Assembly (NCBI GenBank): GCA_012295275.1
Contig: CM022674.1
Span: 11,346,001-11,410,000 of the forward strand
Direction: 5' to 3'
Origin: Chrysomallon squamiferum
Lineage: Eukaryota > Animalia > Mollusca
DNA: 64,000 nt
Shown here: one piece after another, positions 44,523 through 57,319 of the stretch
Layout of the letters: each line of letters begins with the position of its first letter
Numbering within the stretch: position 1 is the stretch's first letter
Notes under the pieces: model-generated
Told to the model about the DNA's origin: nothing
Database searches by the model: none
What the model saw: only the letters and a program-made list of their open reading frames with translations
Program-made: the position numbers and the translations under genes

Positions 44523-45922
44523 TTATAATGCTGACTTGACCAATACATGAGATTCATGGTCAGAAAAGAAAGAAATACAAATACAAAATACCAAATTCAT
44601 GATTTCATGTTATACAGACAAGGTCACGTGCATCAATTCACTTCAATTTTGGCCAATCATAATACAGTGTGAAATAATGAGATGCGAGAGATAGAAAAAA
44701 GAAAAAAAAAAAAAAAAAAAAATATATAAAAAAAAAAAATAGTTTAAAACAGTCAATAAATACTGTTATTTTAATACTATTACCATTTCAGTCTAATAGA
44801 AACGAAATTTTTAATCTTTTGTATTTCGTAAATAAAATTAAACATGATTATATATATATTTCTCAAGCGGACTGTTTATTTTATTTTTTAAGAAATAATG
44901 AAGGTGATGGTATTCATAATAATAATAAATAATAATAATAATAATAATAATGCATTTTAAAAAATTATAGCGATAAGTAATAAAATAAAAGTTCACTCTT
45001 TCGATACGCTCGGACACACAAACATTAATTTCTGGGACTTCAGTTAATTGAGAAAAAATTTCACATATAATCATATTTAAATTTTCAAATACCTCTTATA
45101 TCAAAATTCAAAATGAAAAAATGGAGAATAGTTTTAACGATACTAGTAGATATAATGAATGGATTTCAAAGAATAATAAATAAATCTATATTTAGTTGCT
45201 TCCACTAAATATAGTTATAATCTATGAATACAAATCATTCGGTGGCAAGGATTAATATAAATTGTGCCATAAAGAAAACATTAATGAAATTTCGTCCGCA
45301 ACGATATAAGAAAAATTAAAATATAATTTAAAAAACAATTTATAATAATATGTAAGATGAGACAGCTCAGTTAGTCCAATTGATTAAATAATAATACTGA
45401 TTGAATACTGATGGGAGAAGGAAAAAAATCAATCAATAATGTTAACAAATTAACCATAAAAAAAATAAAAAAATAAATAAAACAAAAAATAATTTTTGTT
45501 TTAAAAATTAAAATGTGAAAAAAATAAAGAAAATGCCATCTTATTCAAGACAGGTCAAACAAAAAGTTTTTTTCCAAAAAATAAATAACATCAGTTGTCG
45601 GGTAAATAGTTTCATGACGTCATAATTACAAGGGTGATTAACTCTAATTACAATTTGTCGGCGGTACACGTTCTAGTCTACCAGTCTATACAAACTGACT
45701 TCGTCCATGCTGGAAGCTTGTTAATTATATGGAGATCAGTATAACTTTATCATGCATATAAGACTATCAGCCGATGTTATCTACACAGAATATTACCAGT
45801 GTTCTTCATGCACATCGTCTGTTTGTGATATATATCAGTCTGTAATAACGAATAGATGATTGCATTGCTTAGCAAATTCCCTAAGAGATCTTAAAATTAT
45901 TTAAAATGTGCCATTTAACATA

Positions 45923-45986
<64 letters not shown>

Positions 45987-46622
45987 CTTATTTTTCGTTT
46001 ATTTTATTTAACGTTATGTGTAATGGTTAAGTGTTAATAAAAGAAATTGCCCTATAATTTTATCCATTTCTCAATACTAGCCAAAAATAAAATAAGAAAA
46101 GAAAAGAAAAGAAACTGAATATTCTATTATTCTCAAACCAGCCACAAATTTAAAAAATAATAATAATAATAACAATAGAAATAAATAAATGCTAAACTCC
46201 AGATAACAACAGAGAAGAAACTTAAATAGTCGTGGTCACTGTACAGAAAATACACCACCGGTCATCTACAGTTCAGGATAAATAGACAATGCTTAGAGGG
46301 GGTTCAATGTATATAATTATATATATATATATATATCTATTACCTCAAGCTGCTGACTGTTACACATCAGTCAATATATTTATCTAGACATTTAATACAA
46401 TGAGGAATATAATCGTTATTCCACATGCGGTAAAACCTTGAAAAATTGATATCTTAAAATATATAAAAATCTCCCACATACACTTTTTTTTTTCTTTTTT
46501 TTTTTTTTGTGTGTTTTTTTGTAGTTAAATCTAAGGCATAACAATCACAGCTGATTAAGAAGAAGAAGAAAAAAAGAAGAAGCACACTATATACAGAACA
46601 AAGTTTTAAAATTCCCATGATT

Positions 46623-46668
<46 letters not shown>

Positions 46669-47547
46669 GAACAACAATAAATTGACTATTAATACCTACT
46701 AGGTATAAACAGTTTCAAAACCAAACAAAACTCTTTCTGAAGATCGGTAATAATAATAATGGTAATAATAAATGAAATCAACATAAATAATAATAATATA
46801 CATAATGATTCCTATGAATCTAGACAGTATCTCCCTCAAAAACAAACAAATGCACGTACATTTCACGTCAGGTGAAAAACATAACGGTTTCTCTGTTTTC
46901 AGAAACTTTGTACAAAAGCTATCGTCTTGACTAGGCTGTGTTCAAGTGAACGACTAACGTCTGTACATTCAAATAAACAGTTCTGTATTAAGCGTTCGCT
47001 GTACAGTGATGTTCAGATGTACACACAGTTAAACACACAGTCGACACGTTTATCTAGTACAATAATTAATATTAACATCTCTTTATTACAAGCCAAGGCC
47101 CCCGAGTTTACTTCGATAACTTCATGTAAAACTGTTTCTGAAGATGACAGTTTCAATTTAATCACATTTTAATTTAAATGTTCTGCATTTTTGGACGTTT
47201 TAATTACGTAGAATAACTGTTAACGTTTTACTGTTATTATAATTAACAATGACGTCACAATTACTGTTGTTACCATATCATTGTATTTTGATCATTACAA
47301 GACGATAATGGTAACAATAAATGAATTCTAAGTATTTTCACACAGATATGAACAAGGAATGCAGTAAATAATTAATAACTATTCTTGATATTACATTACA
47401 TCTTTGTATCATGAATTACTAACAGTGGTGACATCTCAATGAATTTCAGTGTTGGTAATTAATGTTTATAACGTAAATAGCAAATATGGCTATGGCTTGC
47501 AACAAAGAGTTCAGTCTTTGTAAAGTAACATTTTCACGAGTTGAAAA

Positions 47548-47568
47548 TTGGTCCCAACAACTAGCTGT
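47548..47568 (-). promoter_or_regulatory. miR-133 target site with seed plus extensive 3' pairing
   Basis: mRNA 5'-ACAGCUAGUUGUUGGGACCAA-3' against miR-133 UUGGUCCCCUUCAACCAGCUGU (recalled canonical sequence): nt 1-8 complementary, 3-vs-2 nt internal loop, 10 of 11 3' pairs. Confidence 0.75.
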
Positions 47569-47660
47569 AACTGGTGGCTATATTTCCATCAGTTTTAAGA
47601 GGAAAAAAAAAAATATATATATATATTTGTACACAATAATAGTCTCTTATTCAACTGTCT

Positions 47661-49676
47661 TTATGTTAGGCAAGCCAGTGGCGCGTAACTCGTCTTCATT
47701 TCATATCCAGGCTTGTTAATGGCAGCTTCGTCTCTATGGAAACCGTTAGGCAAAAACGCTGTGGGAGACTTTTGGTCGTCTTTGTTATTGTTATCATGAA
47801 ACTTGGCCTCACCTTTCACCTCCGCATCACGGTCGTCAGAACACGCGGCTGACACTTCAGCATCAGCCTCCTCGTCGTCGATTTCTGCATCATCCACTGC
47901 AACATCTTCTTCTTCGACGGGCGACGAATGCACGTTGCACTCACTTAGATCCATCTTATTGTCTTCACACACTGCCTCACTGTCGCCCTCCTTTGAAGAC
48001 GTTTTGCCCAAGAAATTCCGAATCTCGGCGAAATACGCCTCGTCCTTTTCCTCCAGGTCGTTCACGGGGGAGTCGATGACGTTGGAGCCTTCGGACTCGT
48101 GTTTCTTCAAGTGCCGGTCCAAGTTGGTTTGCTGGCCGAAACACCGGTCGCAGAGCGGACACTTGAAGGGTTTCTCCTTGTTGTGAATGTTTCTCACGTG
48201 GCGCTGCAGGTTGGACGAGATGCTGAAGGAACGCTCGCAGTATTTACACTTGTACGGCTGCTCGCCCGTGTGCGTCCTCAGATGACGAGTCAGGTTCGCC
48301 GACCTGGGAAAGATCTTGCCGCAGAACTTGCAGGCGTATCTCTCCTTCATCTTGTTCCCTCCCGCCGTGAACGGGTACTGGTCCGGCAGCTTCTCTATCT
48401 TGTTCATGGGCGACATCGTCTTGTCCATGTCTGACTGCATCATGCCGAAGGGACTCATCCCTGGGAAAACCGGACCGCCGATTGGAAACCGCGGGATCGG
48501 CATGAACTTGTTCAGATCGTGAAACGCCTGCAGCTTCTCTTTGTCCATTCTGAACATGGACTCCATGAGGAACGGGTTGGGAAACGGGTAAGCCAGATGG
48601 AATGGTGTTTTTGGTTCTGGTGCTGCTGCTGCTGGAGGTGATGACGAAACGACCTCGCCGTAGATGTGGGTCTTACGCGGCGTCTCCACTGGAGTGACGA
48701 CGACTCTCTTCTTGCTCAGGTCCAGCGGCAGGTCTTCCACGGGACTGGCGTCGGGCTGAGGCGACGGCGTTTTCTTGGAGAGGTCAAAGGGCACTTCTTG
48801 TCTGTGAGACAGAGGTGGAGTTATTGGAGAAGTTTCTTCGGTGCTCTTAGAAATACTGTTGTGCATGACGGGCGACATCCTCGGAAACGTTGGGCGAATT
48901 TCGCCCGGTTCCAGAGAGTCGCGTCTCATTTTCAGAGCGCCGCAGTCGCTCTCCATGTCAGACGTGGAGCTGACGTCGAGGTCGCTGCCAGTACTCATCT
49001 CTGACATGTCGCCGTCAGAGCCGTCCGGCAGCACGACGTCGTGCCTCTTCTCGTCTTTCTCGGAAGAACTGACACTCGGTGAATTGGGCGACAACTTCTT
49101 CTCGGGGGTCATCATGTTGGGCAGTGGAAGTCCAGCCAGGGGCGATCCGTGCAGTCCGGGGAACGGGGACCCGAAGGCCGGGTAAAATGGAAACGGAGGA
49201 CGAGATCCGTACAGTCCCACAAGACTCGAGTTCAGAGAGGACGGCTGACCTCCCGGCGACAACGACATTGGCGTCATCTTCTCGGCGCTGTAGCACATCC
49301 GCATTCCGTTTCTCAGCGCCCCCTCGCAGAACCGTTTGTGCTTGCTAAGGGAGGTCACTGTGGAGAAGGCCTGTCCGCAGTCCTTGCACTTGATCTGCTG
49401 TCGGCAGTCGGCGTGCATGCGCTTGTGTCTGCACAGGTTGGAGAACTGCGTGTACGACTTGAGGCACACCTCGCACTGGAACGGCTTCACCGTGCTGTGG
49501 ATGTGCTGGTGCTGCTTGAGGCCGCTCGACGTGGCGAACGTCTTGCCGCAGTCGGAGCAGGCGTGGCAGCGCGCGCCCACGTGCTGGGACCGGATGTGAC
49601 GCTGCAGGTTGCTGGGGTCGGTGAAAATCTTGTCACAGTTTTCACAGGGAAACCGCTTTCCAATGTTGTGTGCGAT
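47661..49676 (-). CDS. PRDM16: PRDM3/16 (MECOM/EVI1-PRDM16-Hamlet orthologue) terminal coding exon: 4 N-cluster fingers, CtBP motifs, 3 C-cluster fingers, acidic tail
   Basis: Acceptor tttcag|ATC; 672 codons including the stop. Contains [98 protein letters not shown] (48777-48791), PLDLS (48714-48728) and [32 protein letters not shown]...[14 protein letters not shown], all diagnostic of EVI1/PRDM16. The first 50 aa of the supplied ORF are intronic microsatellite. Confidence 0.97.
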   Translation of the reverse strand: MAHNIGKRFPCENCDKIFTDPSNLQRHIRSQHVGARCHACSDCGKTFATSSGLKQHQHIHSTVKPFQCEVCLKSYTQFSNLCRHKRMHADCRQQIKCKDCGQAFSTVTSLSKHKRFCEGALRNGMRMCYSAEKMTPMSLSPGGQPSSLNSSLVGLYGSRPPFPFYPAFGSPFPGLHGSPLAGLPLPNMMTPEKKLSPNSPSVSSSEKDEKRHDVVLPDGSDGDMSEMSTGSDLDVSSTSDMESDCGALKMRRDSLEPGEIRPTFPRMSPVMHNSISKSTEETSPITPPLSHRQEVPFDLSKKTPSPQPDASPVEDLPLDLSKKRVVVTPVETPRKTHIYGEVVSSSPPAAAAPEPKTPFHLAYPFPNPFLMESMFRMDKEKLQAFHDLNKFMPIPRFPIGGPVFPGMSPFGMMQSDMDKTMSPMNKIEKLPDQYPFTAGGNKMKERYACKFCGKIFPRSANLTRHLRTHTGEQPYKCKYCERSFSISSNLQRHVRNIHNKEKPFKCPLCDRCFGQQTNLDRHLKKHESEGSNVIDSPVNDLEEKDEAYFAEIRNFLGKTSSKEGDSEAVCEDNKMDLSECNVHSSPVEEEDVAVDDAEIDDEEADAEVSAACSDDRDAEVKGEAKFHDNNNKDDQKSPTAFLPNGFHRDEAAINKPGYEMKTSYAPLACLT

Positions 49677-49681
49677 CTGAA

Positions 49682-49712
49682 ATAATAGCAATAATAACAA
49701 TAATAATATAAT

Positions 49713-49748
<36 letters not shown>

Positions 49749-50018
49749 AATAATAGCAACAACTATAATAACAATAGCAACAACTACAACAACAATAATA
49801 ACAATTATCATCATCATCATAACCATAATAGCAATACAACAAAAGAAGAATGAAGATGATTATGATAATACGATGACGATGATGATAACAACAACAACAC
49901 CACTGACAACAATAATAATAATAATAATACGATAATAAAAGACAAATGAAGATGATGATTATGATAATATAATAATGATGACAATGACAATAATAATAAC
50001 AATGATGATGATGATGAT
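49682..50018. repeat. (AAC/AAT/GAT)n compound microsatellite abutting the PRDM3/16 last-exon acceptor
   Basis: Seen directly; explains the poly-V/I/L start of the 721-aa ORF. Confidence 0.9.
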
Positions 50019-50343
50019 GGAAACCATCATAAAGGAGAAAAAGATGAAATAGAAGAAAATCATCACAGTGAATATAGAGATGATGATGAACACATTCCTG
50101 AGTTGAAAATGATGGTGATGATAACTAATGTCATTATCTGCAGCCATAGCTAACATTAGTATTACTTGCTGTTGGGCAAACAAGACAGTGAGAACGGAAA
50201 AAAAAACAGAGTAGAAGGGGAGAAAAGAAAGTTTATAGAAAGAAAGACTGATATAAGCATACAAAGAGAAAGTCAGTAAATCAATAGCTAGACAATAAGG
50301 TTTAGATTATTATTAATGTTTTAATTATTGTTATTGTACATAC

Positions 50344-50446
50344 CTGGTGGCGTATGAGATTCGATTTCCACTGAAAAGACTTTGGGCATTCGTCACATTT
50401 GAATTCACCTTCTAAACCCTCACTCTCTCTCGGGAAATCCTTATCA
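50344..50446 (-). CDS. PRDM16: PRDM3/16 coding exon (finger equivalent to EVI1 ZF3)
   Basis: Acceptor ctttcag| and donor CAG|gtatgt. Encodes (S)[34 protein letters not shown] and joins in frame to IAH (cf. EVI1 [23 protein letters not shown]). Confidence 0.95.
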
Positions 50447-51002
50447 CTGAAAGTATCAATAAAAATAGAAATATAGTAACAGCATTCTATTTAACATGTA
50501 TTAATAACAATGAACAAACACGGAAAAAAATTAAACAAATATATACAGGCGAGAATATAAATAAACATGATAGGCGTCACCATCATATTTCATATTTAGA
50601 TTATGACAGAGACGCTGGAGTAAGAAATCAAATACTTCGGATGTTTGTTTCCGAACTACAGTTTTGTTCGTTAAATTATTTTTAATTTATATTATTATTA
50701 GCAGTAAACGGAGATTATAAGCTTAGCAATATAAGCTCTAGCCTTTAGTACAAATATGGCTGTATTTGGAAGTTAATATTATTTTTAGGCAGGACCCATA
50801 ATTAAATAAAGACATCAGTATAAAGTATCTGCTTTTATAAAGTTAGTAAAACGAGACAATAAAACAAGATAATAAGGTTTTATAACAATATATTTTGTCA
50901 AAAACAACCTAGATAGGTATATCTCTTAATATGTATAAAATACTTAGTGTTGACATATAAAAAGAGATACGCAGAAAACTAAAGATAAATAATAACAATA
51001 AC

Positions 51003-51081
<79 letters not shown>

Positions 51082-52022
51082 GTAATAATAAAACAAATAA
51101 ACAAATGAATAAATAAACAAACAAATAAATAAAACAAATAAACACACTAAACATCATTTCCCAAACACACAATGGAAAACGTCTAACTGTATTTCACAAA
51201 CACGCACACCGAGACGTGATTTTCAGTACGTAAGCAAAACTACGACGTAATGAAGCGTGACGTAGTTCAGTGTTGACAGTAGGAATCACTCCAATTCATT
51301 TACGTCTGGATCAGTGAGTAAAACCTTTTACCCATGTGAGAAATCGCCAACAACAGCCGAACACGAGAAAGAAGAGAGAAGAAAAATACTAAGTGTTTAT
51401 ATGGAGAATAAATTGACTCGCAAAGTGAGTCACACTGGTGGTATTTTCGTTGACAATTACAAAGATACAAGCAAGCCCACTTTACTAACAAAAGGTTGGA
51501 CAGAAACGGTCTTGAAAATGTCAGGCAGATAATAATTTCGTGATTTTCTTTTTTTATTATTTGAAGTTTATTAATCTATTTACTTATAACGAGATAAACA
51601 TAAATTACTTTCAGTGGGATGGTGTATTATGTTACAGTAAATAGACCGACTGTATCTTCGTGCTATAATTACATTTTATCTGTATTATAAATATTTCTTA
51701 ATATGGTGTATTATATATAGTACATTATAAACATGTTTCATTATTTATTATTCACACATTATATTATAAATCAGTTTTATTATTTAGTATAATCAATATT
51801 AAAATGTATATAATATAAAATAAATCTATTTCTTATTCATAATAACAGTTTATCGTAATTTCATATTAAAATGTATGTAATATAAAATAAATCTATTTCT
51901 AATTCATAATAATATACTATATTATAATTTAATATTAAAATCAGTATATAAATTTATTTTATTGATGTTTATAATTAAAATGAAATGCTGATGCTGATGC
52001 TAATGCTGATAATTATGAGAAC

Positions 52023-52068
<46 letters not shown>

Positions 52069-52814
52069 GTAATGATGACAGTATGATAATAAACAAAGTT
52101 AGGATTTTCTTTTTCAAAGTTATGTATCCATAGTTTAAATAGGTGATCGTATGAATATTAAAAATAAACTCTGAATTAGTTTTTTGAATTTTCACATTTC
52201 CACAGAGATACCATTTGGTAAAACTGTATAGCAAAATTTCCGGAAAAAAAAGAGAAAAATTAAAGTGAAAAAGATATTTATATTTTTTTCAAATAATATC
52301 GAATTCAGCTATACAAAGAAAGATAGAAAGAAAGAAAGAAAGAAAAAAAATATATATCAGATAGTAAAAATTTCAAATTATTTTTTACTTTATTCGGTAA
52401 AAACAGAAAAATATTAGAAATAACATGAATGTGAGCAGTTATTTCTACCTTTTTTTTTCTTTTTTTTTCAAAAACACTATGAACACTGAAAAAACACAAA
52501 CCATTCCAACAAAATTATATTAAAACAATAAAATAAAGAATACAACGAAAAATAATTCAGCTAATTTCAAACTCCGCAACAAACACAGATCAAATAAATA
52601 ATTCAAAACGAAGCCAAATGACTGAATATTCAAAAAAGAAAGATAAATTTTACGCACATATACACACAAAATACACATAAGCACTGTATAATTAAGCATG
52701 AATATATTTTTTCAGTATTGATTTTATCACTTCAGTTTCAATTATTATATAATGTTTTATTTAATTTATTATTCTAATAATTCAAATGTAGAATTGTTTT
52801 ATTATCTCTATTTT

Positions 52815-52891
52815 AGTGCTTATTTAATACTTCAATTTCAGTGCTTATTTAATACTTCAATTTCAGTGCTTATTTAATACTTCAATTTCAG
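52815..52891. repeat. 25-bp tandem repeat x3 inside a larger decayed array (~52710-53520)
   Basis: Three exact copies of AGTGCTTATTTAATACTTCAATTTC; degenerate tacttca/ttcag units on the flanks. Confidence 0.85.
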
Positions 52892-53550
52892 TTAGTTTAT
52901 AATTTCAGTTTCAGTTTTCATTTAATACTTCAGTTCAAGTCCTAATTTCAAAATATCTCTTTTAGTTTTTATTTTATAGCTTCAGTTTAGGCTGACATAT
53001 TTATCAATTAATTACAGGTCCTGTATTAATATTAACAATTTTTATTATTTTTATTTAATATTTAATAGTTAAAAAAGCAAGCGCCTTTTAACATACAGCT
53101 ACTATTTATAATTTTCCTCTTCTTTTTTTTCTTTTTTCTTTGTCGTTATACTGATTATTTTACATAATTATTACAGTTCAGTTTTCACTTGTATCAATAT
53201 TAAAATTCAACGTTTAATGTTATTTATGAAATGATTATAATAGTTTCAATTCAGATCTTGCTTATCTTAGTACTTCAAATTCAGCTGCTAATTTATATAT
53301 TATTAGGCTAACTGTATTTTTAATTCACCTTAATATTTAAAAGTCAGTTCCAGTCATTTAATGAACTTTTTAATGATTTATTACTACTTCAAATCAAGTT
53401 CTTAATTGTTGTAATTCATCAAACCTTGTTCTTTCAATACTTAAAATGTTTCAGGATTGTAAATTTCTTCAATATTTTTTAAATATTCCCTATACAATAA
53501 TTTTGATACTTCAAACTAGACAGTTATTACGCACCTATCATAACCAATGA

Positions 53551-53820
53551 ACCTGGAAGAAGTATTGAAATCAATTTTCACCTTGATAGTGTACCTGAAG
53601 TTAATTTAAACCTATAAAGCGTACCTTACGTGTTCACACCTTGATCGGACACCTGTACAGGTATTTTCCGTAGACCCCGACTGCAGTACAGTCGAGGTGG
53701 AAACTTACATATAGTTCTAGCGATCGCTTTCTAACCCGTGCGTCTTATTGAGTTACCTGTCTCTACCTGGATTACAGGTGTGACAGATTCATGTGACATA
53801 CCTGTCAATCAACACCTGTG
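53551..53820. promoter_or_regulatory. Homotypic ACCTG/CAGGT cluster in a PRDM3/16 intron
   Basis: Nine ACCTG/CAGGT pentamers in ~270 bp, including the palindrome ACCTGTACAGGT (53651-53662). Confidence 0.4.
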
Positions 53821-53966
53821 TTCTGCGCCCCAGCGCTTAAACGAAGATTCACACGTATTATAAAACTGACAGTCGCGCACATAGCCCGCTGCTTTACGAT
53901 ACAACTTTTAACAGAATGTTTCAAAGCCGATTGCCGTGTGAAGGCGCGGGTACAGGGGGAGAATAA

Positions 53967-54111
53967 CAGGGGGCGAACGTAGGGGGGGACAGGTTCTCGA
54001 GTACATTTCTACCAATTTTGAAAAATATGTAAATAATTATAACTAAACTTGCACGCTGTGTAATAATGGTGACTGTAGTCCCCTCGATTTATAAATATTG
54101 ATCCGCCCCTG
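53967..54111. mobile_element. MITE-like DNA transposon remnant with imperfect CAGGGGCG terminal inverted repeats
   Basis: Left end CAGGGGGCGAACGTAGGGGGGGAC and right end GTCCCCTC...GATCCGCCCCTG. The same right terminus recurs at 18426-18438. Confidence 0.55.
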
Positions 54112-55170
54112 GTTTTACCTGTGGCGTATGTAAGACCAAGTTAGCTATTACTTCATAGAAATGAGATATCAGTATAGTCAATTATTGGCCGATAATTGTC
54201 AATAGTAATAATTTCCCAGTTGACCTGAGGTCAAAGGATTAAGGATTAAAGTCAGTGGTTTTTATAGCTACGTCATCTATTTGAAGATTTGAAATAAACG
54301 AATACTACGATCTGATCTGGTTAATCCGGGCGTGTATTCTGTTATCACATTGCCTGGAGACTGAGAACAAATTAAATTCAATCGTAAGAAAGAAAAATAG
54401 AAACAGGATTTTTTAGTTTTATTATTTCAGTTATCATTCTAAAAAGAGAAAAGAAATAAAGATTTCTGTTGACGTTTGTTCGTTGTAGGATTTGAATTTT
54501 TTTATTTATTTATTTTAAAATGAAATCGAAAATTCATCTTATCCTGAATTATCTATTTTATAAAGAATAAATTTAATGTTAAAAAATAATTTAAAAAAAA
54601 AATAAAAAAGGATTAAACTTTCAAATTCAGCTTCATAACAATACACTACAAATCATTTCGTGTAAAAACGCCTTAAGAATCAGGTTTTCAATTTAAAATA
54701 GTGTATTAGAAGAAAGACACTCATTTTTAGCCATACACAGTAAATTAACTGTAATCTTCAGCGCTGTACTAGCACGAGGTGACTGGAGGTAAGTCACACA
54801 TATATTTCATGGATTATCCCAGAACGAGGTTGGCAAAGACGTGGAGTCAACAGGTGTGAATCAGTACGTGCGTTCTACTCACTCACCAGACTGCACTGCC
54901 TGGTACACGACAGGCGTGCTTAACTTAGTCATGTGCATTCAAGTACGTTAGCAACAGTTCGGTGAAAACGTATATTCTCATCGTTTTGTCATTTATTTAA
55001 TTTATTTAACTTTTTAATTATTTAATTAATTAATTTTTCTTTCTTTCTTTCTTTTATTATTTATTTATTTATTCTTACCTATTTATTATTATTATTATTA
55101 TGAAAATTATTATTGTTATGAAAATTATTATTATTATTATTAAAAAATTATTATTATTATTATTATTAAA

Positions 55171-55203
<33 letters not shown>

Positions 55204-56098
55204 AATGAACAAAAAGTTTAAAATTCGATTCTACAAAATATTTCACTATGGTTCAGGAACCTTGAGTAGAGGCTCGAACCACTCAGCTCAAGAAAAACTT
55301 GATTTCATTTTAACGAGGCTTTTGTGTATGGGTGACCAGGTTATATTTGTTCTCGTGTAAAATGCAATCAATAATTCCATAACAGTTATTTCAACTGATC
55401 AGATACGTTCGAGTCTATAAATAAACAAAAAAACCAACAACCATGCCATGCCACAAGTTAAAATAAAACGACACAGAAATTCCAAACAACAAACCAGCAA
55501 AAATAAAAATATCAGCAAATAATAAAACACAACTTTAAAAATAAATTAAATACTAATAATAATCAAATCAAAATATTTTTTATAAAAAAAAGATTGTAAA
55601 AAAAAAAGTAAAAAATCAAAATCAACACACATCAAAACGCAAAATATTAAATTCGTCTGGATTCGATATATATATGATTAACAATTTTTAATAGTAATAT
55701 TTTATTTTTAAAAGTGTATGTCATTTGCGAGTAGATGCTATTAACTGTAAAAATTTAATTATTTTCATTACATTTTCTACTTTAAATGACATTTTTTGAA
55801 GTATTTTAAAAATTAATATTTTAAGATACTAACTTTACTTTTTTAAATTCATATGTAATAATATATTTTATTATCATTATTTTATAATATCTAACTAATT
55901 TAAATATTTAAATAATATCGCTGGTGCTAGTTTTTATAATCGATATAATCGAAAGACGTAGTTTTCGTAATTAGTATTTCAGCCATGTTAGTTAAACAAC
56001 TTTCGGTTCATGCGAACTTACAAATTGTTTTGTGTCAACTTAAGTCAAGACTGAAAGGGTAGAGAAACCTTTAGCATTAATAGAAGTAATTAATTATA

Positions 56099-56184
<86 letters not shown>

Positions 56185-56404
56185 AGTAACAATTATTTTA
56201 TTCTACAAATAGCATCTGCGTAACGAATTTTTAAATAACAATAAAGAAGAACACTAGTAATTAAACCTGCGTTATTATCATAATGAAAAAAAAATTCGCA
56301 AATAAAAAAGTAATAAAAAATAAATAACTTCAAAGATTTTATTAAATATAAATATATATAAATAAATACATAAATAAATAAATATAAAATAAATAAATAA
56401 ATAA

Positions 56405-56446
<42 letters not shown>

Positions 56447-56519
56447 ATAAGTATAACTATTTAAATAAATAAACAAACAAACAAATAGACAAACAAATAG
56501 ACAGATAAACAAGACTAAC

Positions 56520-56676
56520 CTTTTGTTGTCTTGCTCTGTTTTGTCGCTCAGTTCATACGTCATGGCGTTGTACGACGACTGGGAAGTTTTGCCACAAACA
56601 TACGTCTCGTGACGTCGCAGGGCGACCTTTGACCTGAACACTTCGCCACACTGTGAACACGGGTAAGCTCGATCAT
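56520..56676 (-). CDS. PRDM16: PRDM3/16 coding exon (first, C2HC-type finger); upstream PR-domain exons not seen in the window
   Basis: Acceptor ttttgtag| and donor AAG|gttagt. Encodes DRAYPCSQCGEVFRSKVALRRHETYVCGKTSQSSYNAMTYELSDKTEQDNK(S); its phase-2 end matches the next exon. Confidence 0.9.
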
Positions 56677-57319
56677 CTACAAAACAAACTCACAGTTAAA
56701 CGAAGGAATCGCAACTATCTGAAACACGTGTAAATGATATCATCACACGAAAGTTATAGAGACAAAACATGCAATATAACATGATGCCACCAGATATGAT
56801 AATGATATGATGTCATACGATGTCATATGATATAGATAATTTGCTATGATATTGTCATAGATATGTTCTGTATAATATTAAATACTTAATGTTTTTAAAT
56901 CTATATTCTCTCTCTCTCTCTCTCTTTCTGTCTCTGTCTCTGTCTCTATCTCTCTCTATCTGTCTCTCTCTTCCTCCCTCTCTCTGTTTTTCTGTTACCC
57001 TACCCACCCCCTTTTTCTTCATTTTACTGTCTGTCATCTCATTCCCTCTCCAAACTACGACTTTAACATTCTATTCTCATCTACAAAATCCTCTCCTTCA
57101 CAAGATACGAGCCATAGCAACCGATGTTAGGACAGACCGTTAACCGTGAGCGATGGTAAAGATTTTTTCGATCCGAAAACGACACAAAAAGACGAGGCAT
57201 TGTGCGCGGGTATTAACTCGATGGCTGACACCGAGAGAAAAGTGATTTACTGTAACTAACATTTGCTCTTCTTATCAAATCTCAAGACGGGATTTCAAGA
57301 GTGGTTATTTCCTGGCTTT

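Larger units (their letters stand above)
44495..47660 (-). other. Probable long 3'UTR of PRDM3/16
   Basis: U-rich on the - strand, directly after the stop codon. Contains a Pumilio element TGTATATA (46588-46595) and several miRNA seed matches, and ends at a candidate AATAAA (44517-44522) followed by a GU-rich element. Other TTTATT copies near 44875 and 46000 could be alternative ends. Confidence 0.5.

Noticed and set aside
47480-47600. A + strand miR-133 paralogue gene
   Set aside because: The 21-mer resembles mature miR-133, but no complementary arm is visible upstream or downstream to form a pre-miRNA hairpin. It is better explained as a target site on the - strand mRNA.
47803-49762. Antisense and alternative-frame ORFs over the PRDM3/16 exon
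   Set aside because: Expected shadows of a GC-rich coding exon; no recognisable protein.
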